Source: Verrucomicrobiota bacterium (lineage in GTDB: Bacteria > Verrucomicrobiota > Verrucomicrobiia > Limisphaerales > SXTU01). From it: DNA of 64,000 nucleotides. This document shows positions 29,086 to 36,310 of the stretch, piece after piece. Position 1 is the first letter of the stretch, and each line of letters starts with the position of its first letter. The DNA is taken from positions 4,435 through 68,434 of the forward strand of contig VHDH01000004.1 in assembly GCA_016871445.1 (NCBI GenBank), given 5' to 3'. Both the position numbers and the translations under genes were made by a program. Under the pieces are notes generated by a model. The model saw only the letters and a list, made by a program, of their open reading frames with translations, had not been told where the DNA came from and ran no database searches.

Positions 29086-29139
29086 GTGAACCCGGGCCCA
29101 TTTCTGGGCGAGCACAACGAGCGTGTCGGAGCCTTTTCC

Positions 29140-30609
29140 TCAGAAATTGACCTGCACCTGCACGCCCACGCGATTCGCGTCCTCGGTGTTGTTGTAGGGG
29201 AACGTGCGGGTGTTCGTGCGCTCGAAGGTGCGCGTATAAACCAACGTGAGTTCCACCTCGGGCCACGGCGACCACTCGAGGCCGAGGTCGAGCTCGTTGA
29301 CCTTCGAGGCGGGGGCGTTGCCGCCGAACTTCCGGCCGCCGTCGTAGAAATTCCACCGCGTGAACGGGAAGAACACGCCGTAGCTCGTGGCCGCGCGGTA
29401 GTTCAACTGCACATAGCCGCCGTGGAGAAACTCCGAGGTGATATTGCGCTGGTTGAGGTTCAACTCCGGGCCTTCGCCCACCATCCATTCGGCTTCGACG
29501 CCGAACGGCTGCGGATACCACACCGCCGTCACGCCCGCCCGCCGGTCCACCACGCCGCCCGCCGCTGCTGTCGGAGTGAAGGCCGGCGTGCCGATGGCCG
29601 AAGTCGTCGGCACGAACCGCCCGTGATAGCCCTGCAGGCCCAACTCGAAGTATTGGCCGTTATCCAACTTGAACGGATACGCCGCGCGCGCCAGCCAGTG
29701 CGGCTCGCCGTTGGCATCCGACCGGTTCGGCCCTTGCCCCGAGTAAGCGCCCACCGTCAACACGCCGTAGTCGCCAGAGCCCTTCAACCCAAGCCGCACG
29801 AGGTCACGGAAACGCTGCCGCGCTTCCGTGGGCGCCCACATGAAGAAGACGCCGACATCGCGCTCGCCCTCTGCCGCGCTGTTGAGGGCATCGGGCCGTT
29901 CCAGCGGCCCGCGGTTCTGGCTGGATTGCAGGTTTACCCAGCCGAAGGGCACCTTGCTCTGGCCCACGCGGAAGCGGAATTCCTTGTCCTTGTCCACCGC
30001 GATGTCGCCATACAGGTCGCGCATCTGGAGGCCCAAATCGCCCGTGCCGCCGACCAACGAATTAAAGTCCGACTGCGCATAAAGGAAGAGGTGATCCGTC
30101 ACGTCGCCGCTGAAAATCATGCGCCCGCGCCGGATGAGAAACGACTCCACCTCGCGCACCGAGCGGTCCGCCGGCACGTCGAGCTCTGGGCCGTTCCTGG
30201 TGAACACATGGTTAAAGCGGAACTGCACGTAGCCGCGCAGGCTGATGCGCTCATACCACTTGTCCTTGAGCGCGCCCTTGATGAGCGCGGAGGAAGTGCC
30301 GTCCGTAAGCCCCTTGAGTTCCGTGAACGCCTGCCGCTGCTTCGTCAAATCGGATTCCAGCCGCTGAATCATCCGCTCATCCGCCGAGAGCCGGTCGGTG
30401 ATGGTGTTGGTGGAAGTGGAGCCGGCAGCGGCGTTGGATTTGATTAGATTCTGATACTCCTGCTCGGTGAGATTGCCCCGTTCGCGCAGAATGGTTAACA
30501 GGCGGAACAGTGTGTCATCCGCGCTAGCGGCGGCAGCCACAGCGATGCTTCCGGCGCAGAGCAACAGGCGGCAATTACGGCGCAGTTGAGTCAGGAAGAC
30601 TGGATTCAT
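29140..30609 (-). CDS. outer-membrane porin, phosphate-selective porin O/P (OprO/OprP) family
   Basis: Signal MNPVFLTQLRRNCRLLLCAGSIAVAAAASA (ATG 30609; the ORF-track start is a TTG). FRVGQSKVPFGWVNLQSSQNRGPLERP matches the family core (GQxKxPF..E...S....ER). Alternating beta pattern and C-terminal VQVQVNF. Confidence 0.82.
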   Translation of the reverse strand: MNPVFLTQLRRNCRLLLCAGSIAVAAAASADDTLFRLLTILRERGNLTEQEYQNLIKSNAAAGSTSTNTITDRLSADERMIQRLESDLTKQRQAFTELKGLTDGTSSALIKGALKDKWYERISLRGYVQFRFNHVFTRNGPELDVPADRSVREVESFLIRRGRMIFSGDVTDHLFLYAQSDFNSLVGGTGDLGLQMRDLYGDIAVDKDKEFRFRVGQSKVPFGWVNLQSSQNRGPLERPDALNSAAEGERDVGVFFMWAPTEARQRFRDLVRLGLKGSGDYGVLTVGAYSGQGPNRSDANGEPHWLARAAYPFKLDNGQYFELGLQGYHGRFVPTTSAIGTPAFTPTAAAGGVVDRRAGVTAVWYPQPFGVEAEWMVGEGPELNLNQRNITSEFLHGGYVQLNYRAATSYGVFFPFTRWNFYDGGRKFGGNAPASKVNELDLGLEWSPWPEVELTLVYTRTFERTNTRTFPYNNTEDANRVGVQVQVNF

Positions 30610-30663
30610 CAGTGAGTGCGGTTGCGATATTGGTTTCAACGACGCGACCGTTTTGCACCACTA

Positions 30664-30703
30664 CTGTGACCGTAGTATGTCCTTATTGTTACGTTCCTGT
30701 GAC
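30664..30703. promoter_or_regulatory. four 11-bp-phased direct repeats (Pho-box-like / OmpR-family response-regulator site) upstream of the porin gene
   Basis: Plus strand reads CTGTGAC-cgta-GTATGTC-ctta-TTGTTAC-gttc-CTGTGAC, an exact 11-bp period. The gene strand reads GTCACA/GTAACA/GACATA/GTCACA. The repeats lie 55-95 nt upstream of ATG 30609. Confidence 0.4.
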
Positions 30704-30781
30704 GAAGGATTCTTCAACAACAAGGGCAAAATTGCAACGATACCTCCCACGATTATCAGTTCGTTTACGCTTTGGTAACCT

Positions 30782-31750
30782 TCAACGAGGGACGGCTAAC
30801 ACGCGGAAGCCGAGATCGTCATCGTAACCCACGGGATAGAGAAAATCGCGCGAGCTGGCGGTGCATTGCGCAGGATGGTCATTCCATCCGCCGCCGCGGA
30901 ACACGCGGCCCACTGCTTTACCCGGGCCTTTCGGATCCTTCAGCGGGGCTTGGCCGTAGGCGGCGAACCAGTCCGCGCACCACTCCCTCACGTTGCCATG
31001 CATGTCATACAAGCCCCATGCGTTGGCCTTCTTCGTTCCCACCGGATGCGTGGACTTGCCTGAGTTGAGAATGAACCACGCGTGCTGGCCCAATTCCTCC
31101 TCTGCCGCGCCAAATGTGAAGCGCTCCAAACTGCCCGCCCGACAGGCGAACTCCCACTGGGCCTCCGTAGGCAGGGTGAAATTCCAATTGGTCTGCCGAG
31201 TGCCAAGCCGGGCAAGAAACAACTGGCACTTTTCCCAACTGACCCGCTCTACCGGGTGCCGAGGGTCCTGATACAAACTGGGATTGTCCCCCATGAGCGC
31301 CAGCCACTGAGCCTGTGTCACCTCGCAGCGGCCCAGAAAAAAGGGCTGGGTGAGCTTTACTTCATGCACCGGATACTCGGTCGTCGCGCCGTTTTCAGCA
31401 CCGCGCATAAACAGACCCGAGCGGATGAGCACAAAGTCCATGGTAAGACCTTGGCCTAGGTCCATCGACAACTCGCCCTTCGCAAGGCCAAAAGCCAGCG
31501 GAACAGCCGTCTGCTTCGGCTGAGGTTCGGGCACAGGAACCGACTGGGGAGCGGGGGCCAATTTCACTGGCTCGGAGGCGACGGGCGCTAACTGCGGAGC
31601 GGCTGATTTTCCCGCCGGTGGTGAACACCCTGCCCCGCCTAAGCCCACTGCAAAGGTAATAACGAGTCCCAACCACGCTCCGACGAACCTGTGCAAACTG
31701 CCACGCAGCGTGGTGCGCGGGTGCCGGCGGAGCGTATGAATCAGCACCAT
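30782..31750 (-). CDS. lipoprotein with an FGE-sulfatase (SUMF1) fold domain, probably not a true FGE
   Basis: Lipobox LGGAGCS, HPVERVSWEKCQLF, GLYDMHGNVREWCADW and FRGGGW. The C-x4-C catalytic pair is absent (only QCTASSRDF). Confidence 0.8.
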   Translation of the reverse strand: MVLIHTLRRHPRTTLRGSLHRFVGAWLGLVITFAVGLGGAGCSPPAGKSAAPQLAPVASEPVKLAPAPQSVPVPEPQPKQTAVPLAFGLAKGELSMDLGQGLTMDFVLIRSGLFMRGAENGATTEYPVHEVKLTQPFFLGRCEVTQAQWLALMGDNPSLYQDPRHPVERVSWEKCQLFLARLGTRQTNWNFTLPTEAQWEFACRAGSLERFTFGAAEEELGQHAWFILNSGKSTHPVGTKKANAWGLYDMHGNVREWCADWFAAYGQAPLKDPKGPGKAVGRVFRGGGWNDHPAQCTASSRDFLYPVGYDDDLGFRVLAVPR

Positions 31751-31885
31751 GAACGCCGCGCACCTACGCTGCTGTAAAAGTTTGGATTCAGTTTTCAATC
31801 TTAATACGACTACTTAATTCCCAGCCTCGGGTGTGTCTGCCGCCGGCCGCCTAGACTAAAAAAAACTGCAGTAAACGCCAGCCGA

Positions 31886-33487
31886 TTACTTTTCTTCCTT
31901 CTTGGCCGCGCCGCCGAGGGTGACATCAACGCCATATTTAAGGGAGAGATCCTGGTGTGCCTGGCCGGCCCACGAGGTATTGAGGTAAACCTTACAGACC
32001 GTCTTGAGAGTGCGGATGGCAGCCTCCTTGTCGCCCTTCGCCGCGTAGTGGCCGGCGATCTTGTATTGGGCCTCAGCGGCGGAGCTCTTGAAGAAGTTCA
32101 GCACGCCCACCAGGGTCTGGATCGCGACATCATGCTGTTTGAGGGAGCCTTGGCATTCAGCAATGCGAAAGAGGGATTGGGGCTCGCGGTTCGCTTGGTT
32201 GTAGCAGGCGATGGCTTCCTTGTATTGACCGGTCCGGTTGAAGACCTCGCCCAGCCGCCATTGAATCGCATCCGCATGTTGCGGGTGCTTGTTCAGCATC
32301 GCCTGATAAGCCTCGATGGTGCTCTTCCAATTATTTTCCTCGCCATACGTTTCGGCGATCTCGGTGTCAGCCACGTATTGGTTCTTTAGTTCACGGTAAA
32401 CGAGGCGAGCTTCCCCGCGTTTGCCGCTGGCCCGCAGGTAGGCGGCGTATTCGCCCCGAAAGGTGTCGTTGTCCGGGTGCTTTCTGGAGAGGGCGGCAAA
32501 GCGCTCCGTGGCGCGAGGCACATCGCCTGCATAGGCAAAGATTCGGGCGCACCAGTGCTCGATGGCTTTCTTCTCATCCGCGTCCGCCGTGGCCTGCTTT
32601 TCGATGAAGAGAACGGCGTTGGTGGCGATGGTGGTGCGGAGCTTCCGGCCCTTCTCGCCGTAGTAACTGGGAATGTGGTTTCCTTGGAGCGCGTCAGCAG
32701 TCCATTGGGCGAAGGTGAGCAGGTAATCCTTCTTGCGGGCGGATTGGATGAGTTCAAAGCCGCTGGCAATTTTGTTCTCAACGAGCCGGTGCATGAGCAC
32801 CCGATGCTGCGCGCCGCTGCGGAGGTTGTTGCCGGGATCCTGGTAGCTGCCGGTGGCCAAATACTCGATGTGGGGAAGCCACTTATCGGTTTTCTCAAGG
32901 CGCCAGTAAATTCGGCAGGCCTCGCTGCGGGCCAGCGCGCCGAAGTCATTGGTGGGCCACTTGGCGATGACCTTCTCGAAGGATTTCAAAGCCTCTTCAG
33001 CGTCACCGGTCTGCGTCTGGCAGACGCCGATGGAGTATTGCGCGCTGCCGGCGTCCACGGCGTCGGGAAAATAGTCAATCACGTTGCGGAACTCGCCGAT
33101 GGCGGTGTTCACTTGTCCGAGTCGGCGGGTGCATTCCGCGAACATGAGCTGGGCATAGGAGGCGACCTCGGACTTGGTGTGAAGCTGGAGGAAGAGCTCG
33201 TATTCCGAACGGGCGGACTTCCAGTTGCTCTGCTCGGCGTAACGTTCCGCGCGCGTAAGTTGGTGCCGTTCCTCCTCCGTGAGACGGACCCAGCGATCGG
33301 CGGCGAGCTTGGCGTGGGAGGAACCGACGGTCAGCAGCAGGGCGGCGAAAGCTCCAAATCCCAGGCTCCAAATCCCAAAGAAGTTCCAAGCTCCAAATCC
33401 CAAACGAGTCGGGCGAGACGGCTCGGATTTGGAGCTTGGAAGTTGGAGCTTCTTTGGCGCTGGGAATTTGGAATATGGAATTTTCAT
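31886..33487 (-). CDS. TPR-repeat protein (533 aa), last gene of the motor/TPR block
   Basis: Multiple TPR-like helical pairs (AEQSNWKSARSEYELFL, AIACYNQAN, AQYKIAGHYAAKGDKEAAIRTL). Its ATG overlaps the exbD-like stop (ATGA at 33484-33487). The first 45 or so codons lie in a palindromic repeat element, so the true start is uncertain. Confidence 0.75.
   Translation of the reverse strand: MKIPYSKFPAPKKLQLPSSKSEPSRPTRLGFGAWNFFGIWSLGFGAFAALLLTVGSSHAKLAADRWVRLTEEERHQLTRAERYAEQSNWKSARSEYELFLQLHTKSEVASYAQLMFAECTRRLGQVNTAIGEFRNVIDYFPDAVDAGSAQYSIGVCQTQTGDAEEALKSFEKVIAKWPTNDFGALARSEACRIYWRLEKTDKWLPHIEYLATGSYQDPGNNLRSGAQHRVLMHRLVENKIASGFELIQSARKKDYLLTFAQWTADALQGNHIPSYYGEKGRKLRTTIATNAVLFIEKQATADADEKKAIEHWCARIFAYAGDVPRATERFAALSRKHPDNDTFRGEYAAYLRASGKRGEARLVYRELKNQYVADTEIAETYGEENNWKSTIEAYQAMLNKHPQHADAIQWRLGEVFNRTGQYKEAIACYNQANREPQSLFRIAECQGSLKQHDVAIQTLVGVLNFFKSSAAEAQYKIAGHYAAKGDKEAAIRTLKTVCKVYLNTSWAGQAHQDLSLKYGVDVTLGGAAKKEEK
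33351..33473. repeat. TCCAA/TTGGA-rich palindromic repeat element
   Basis: GCTCCAAATCCCA occurs three times (33351, 33365, 33390). Arm 33375-33400 pairs with 33425-33457 as perfect 17-bp and 9-bp helices separated by a 7-nt bulge, with a 24-nt loop. Confidence 0.85.
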
Positions 33488-33891
33488 TTATCCACTTCCG
33501 TGGCGAGTACAATGGCCGCATCGCACTGGTTCACGATGTCCATGAGCTTGACCGCCGCGCCGTATTCCACGCCGCGATCAATGTTGATGACCACGGCGCG
33601 ATCCTTGGTGCCGACCAGTTTGGCGGTAATCCCAGCCTTGAGTTGGTCCCAGTTGGATTTTTCGCCGTTGAGGAAGACGTCCTTCTGCATGTTCAGCTGG
33701 ACGGTGACGCTCTTGTTCTCGGCGTTCTTGCTGGTGGCGGCCTTGGGCAACTTGAGGTCGATGCCGGTCACGTTCACAAACGTGGTGGCGACCATGAAGA
33801 TGATGAGCAGCACCAGGCTGATATCAATCATCGGGATGAAGTTGATGGCCGCAATCGGCTCATCCGAGTCGTCTTGAACATCCATTGCCAT
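33484..33891 (-). CDS. ExbD/TolR-family biopolymer transport protein
   Basis: INFIPMIDISLVLLIIFMV (TM with the conserved Asp) followed by a periplasmic domain. 135 aa from ATG 33891. Confidence 0.9.
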   Translation of the reverse strand: MAMDVQDDSDEPIAAINFIPMIDISLVLLIIFMVATTFVNVTGIDLKLPKAATSKNAENKSVTVQLNMQKDVFLNGEKSNWDQLKAGITAKLVGTKDRAVVINIDRGVEYGAAVKLMDIVNQCDAAIVLATEVDK

Positions 33892-33914
33892 AAGTTTCAG
33901 GGGCAAGATTACAA

Positions 33915-34541
33915 TTACTTCTGTGCGGATGGAAGTTGCTGCCGAAGATCGCGGTACGCCTGGAAGGCCTGCGATTCCAGCTCCAACGCCATATTCGAGA
34001 TAGCCTTGCTAAAATAGTTGTAAAACATCAGCGCCGGTATGGCGACGAGCAAACCCGTGGCCGTGGCGACCAGCGCCTCGGAGATTCCGGCGGCGATGAC
34101 GCTGGGACCGCCCATGCCCTGCGTGGCAATGTCAGAGAAGGCGGCGATGATGCCCTTACAAGTTCCGAATAGGCCAACGAACGGCGCGATGGAAGCGATA
34201 GTGGCTAACATCGGCAAGTATTGCTTCAGTCGCGACAATTCGCCGCGCAGCGTGAGCGCCATAACTCGTTCGGCATCGGCACTCTCGGCATCACGGCCCG
34301 AGGCGGCCTCAGCCAAGATCATCGCGGCCAGCGGCGACTCGCTTTGGCGGCAGCGTTCGAGCACCAGATCGTGCTGCTTTTTCTCCAAGGCAGTGGCGAT
34401 GTCCGTCCGCAACGCCGCTGTGGCCAAGCGGATTTGCTTAAAGAAGGCCAGGCGCTCCAGCACCACGCCGATGCTTACGATCGAGAGAAAGATGAGCGTG
34501 GCCATCGTCATCCCACCCGCAACTATCCATTCCCACAACAT
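33915..34541 (-). CDS. MotA/TolQ/ExbB-family proton channel
   Basis: 3 TMs; PFVGLFGTCKGII and SEALVATATGLLVAIPALMFYNYF are the family signature regions. Confidence 0.9.
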   Translation of the reverse strand: MLWEWIVAGGMTMATLIFLSIVSIGVVLERLAFFKQIRLATAALRTDIATALEKKQHDLVLERCRQSESPLAAMILAEAASGRDAESADAERVMALTLRGELSRLKQYLPMLATIASIAPFVGLFGTCKGIIAAFSDIATQGMGGPSVIAAGISEALVATATGLLVAIPALMFYNYFSKAISNMALELESQAFQAYRDLRQQLPSAQK

Positions 34542-34644
34542 AGGTTTCCTTTTGGTTAACAGTTCATTGACGCATCCAAGACAAAATCCGTGAAATCAAA
34601 TTTCCGGGGCATATTACCCAACGGTTCGACGAAACAGTTCCGGC

Positions 34645-35703
34645 TCATTTCTTCGGCCCTTTCCCGTCGAGCATCATCTTCCATTCGCTATAGCCAGCCA
34701 TCGCCTGCGCGAGGATGTTCACGCCTAGTTGGTAGGCCTGCTCGGCGGATTCTGCACTGGTCCCGCCGTGAGTGTCCTTCCAGGCATCGGAGATCGAGCC
34801 TTGATGGTAGAAGGCGACCCACCGGCCATCCTTTTTCCAGCCTAAGGCACGGGTGCCGCTATGCGCCCAAAGCGGCGGCGCGCCATTAAGCGGATACGGT
34901 GCTTGGAAGATGGGGTCGTCATCCGGAATCTCGACAGCGACTACCTCGGGCAGGACGGACTGCATCAACCGGAGGAAAACGCTGTGGAATTGGTTGCCGC
35001 CGTTGTCGGCGAAAATCATGCCGCGGTTGTCCAGCAGGTAACTGCGGACCGCCTTGATTTCCCGCTGCTCGAACCGGAAGGGATAGCTGCCCACCATGAA
35101 CACCACCGGCGGCGCGCGGCCCTTCACGTAGCGGCCCAACTCCGCCAGCGTGACATCCTGCGGGATGGTGGAGACGGGCATCTTGGCGCGGCGGCCAAAT
35201 TCCTTGGTCATGTTCTCATCGGCGCCGTTGCGAAGGTTGAAATCCCAGTTGCCGCCGTCGTAACGGACACGGACGAAGATAAAACGCGCGCCCTCGCGGC
35301 CAGCGGCGTAACCGGCGGGGCCGGCCCCTTCGCCCTGCCCGATCTTATATTCGTTGGCGGTGACCTCCTTGAGGTTGAGCGGGGTCAATTCCAGCGGCGG
35401 CACCTCGAAGACGACGGGGCTGTTCGGGTTCACCAGCACCCGCTTGCGCTGCACCTTTTTCACCTCGACCTTCATCTGCTTGATCATGGCCTTGGGCTTA
35501 CCGGAGCCCTTGACGAGATCGTAGGTCTTTTTGCAGCCAGGAATGAGCGGCATCAGGACAATCATCACCAACACACTGGCGTGGCCAAGGAACGACCAAG
35601 TAATGAAACGCCGCAGCCGGCCATGCTTGCCCTGCCAATACGCCGCATCGCGCCGGAAGGGATTCCAGACGCGGGAGGCAGGTTGGGGCGCAACGGGGGG
35701 CAT
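34645..35703 (-). CDS. single-TM protein with a periplasmic DUF4159-like (GATase1-like fold) domain
   Basis: ATG 35703 (the ORF-track start is a TTG). TM FLGHASVLVMIVLMPLI. FIFVRVRYDGGNWDF...PPVVFMVGSYPFRFEQREIKAVRSYLLDNRGMIFADNGG...DDDPIF...DGRWVAFYHQGSISDAW follows the DUF4159 pattern as I recall it. Confidence 0.7.
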   Translation of the reverse strand: MPPVAPQPASRVWNPFRRDAAYWQGKHGRLRRFITWSFLGHASVLVMIVLMPLIPGCKKTYDLVKGSGKPKAMIKQMKVEVKKVQRKRVLVNPNSPVVFEVPPLELTPLNLKEVTANEYKIGQGEGAGPAGYAAGREGARFIFVRVRYDGGNWDFNLRNGADENMTKEFGRRAKMPVSTIPQDVTLAELGRYVKGRAPPVVFMVGSYPFRFEQREIKAVRSYLLDNRGMIFADNGGNQFHSVFLRLMQSVLPEVVAVEIPDDDPIFQAPYPLNGAPPLWAHSGTRALGWKKDGRWVAFYHQGSISDAWKDTHGGTSAESAEQAYQLGVNILAQAMAGYSEWKMMLDGKGPKK

Positions 35704-35713
35704 CGAAGGGGAA

Positions 35714-35806
35714 ACGTCCAACGCTCAACGTTGAACTTCCAACTTCCAACAATACCGAACCGCAAGAACCCCAGTCCCTGAACGTTGAATGTTGAGCGTT
35801 GGACGT
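35714..35806. repeat. intergenic inverted repeat with 16-bp perfect arms, AACGTT palindromes and a GTTGGAA tandem in the loop
   Basis: ACGTCCAACGCTCAAC (35714-35729) pairs with GTTGAGCGTTGGACGT (35791-35806). TCAACGTTGA palindrome at 35725-35734. GTTGAGCGTT is duplicated at 35791 and 35805. The loop carries CTTCCAACTTCCAAC. Confidence 0.85.
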
Positions 35807-35813
35807 TGAGCGT

Positions 35814-36236
35814 TCACTTCAAATCCTTTAACAAATCGTCGTTCTTGGAGGAGAACGGGCTCTTGGGCAGGTCGCCGGGTTTGGCGATCTTGTCGATGCC
35901 CAAGGCTTTTTCCGCCTCGGCTTGGCGGTTGGTGGTGGCGGGCGTGGGCACAGCGGTGAGCGGACCGGAGGGGGGCGCGGCGGGAGCATTGGTCACGCCC
36001 ACAGGCGGCGCATTGGTGGCGGCCTTTGCGGCATCCTCGGCCTCTTTCTTCTTTAACGCGGCATCTTCGGCGGCAGCCTTGGCCTGCCGGGCGGCCTCGG
36101 CCTTTTGGTGGTTCATGTAGCTAAGGCCGCAGAGCGCACCGATGCCAAGCACGTGCAGAGCGGTGGACACACCGGTCCATTTCCAAAGCACTTTGAGTGG
36201 CACGGGAACGCGAACCTGATCAGGATTAGTTTGCAT
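35814..36236 (-). CDS. 140-aa single-TM protein with a TolA-like Ala/Lys/Glu-rich helix and a Pro-rich tail
   Basis: TM TGVSTALHVLGIGALCGLSY, then QKAEAARQAKAAAEDAALKKKEAEDAAKAA, then PPVGVTNAPAAPPSGPLTAVPTPA. No TonB or TolA C-terminal domain. Confidence 0.7.
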   Translation of the reverse strand: MQTNPDQVRVPVPLKVLWKWTGVSTALHVLGIGALCGLSYMNHQKAEAARQAKAAAEDAALKKKEAEDAAKAATNAPPVGVTNAPAAPPSGPLTAVPTPATTNRQAEAEKALGIDKIAKPGDLPKSPFSSKNDDLLKDLK

Positions 36237-36310
36237 GAGGAAAGGAGAGGGTCGTGAATAATTTCATGCGAGCGGGGGCGACCCAGCGGTCACACCCTCG
36301 TGTGGGTTGC

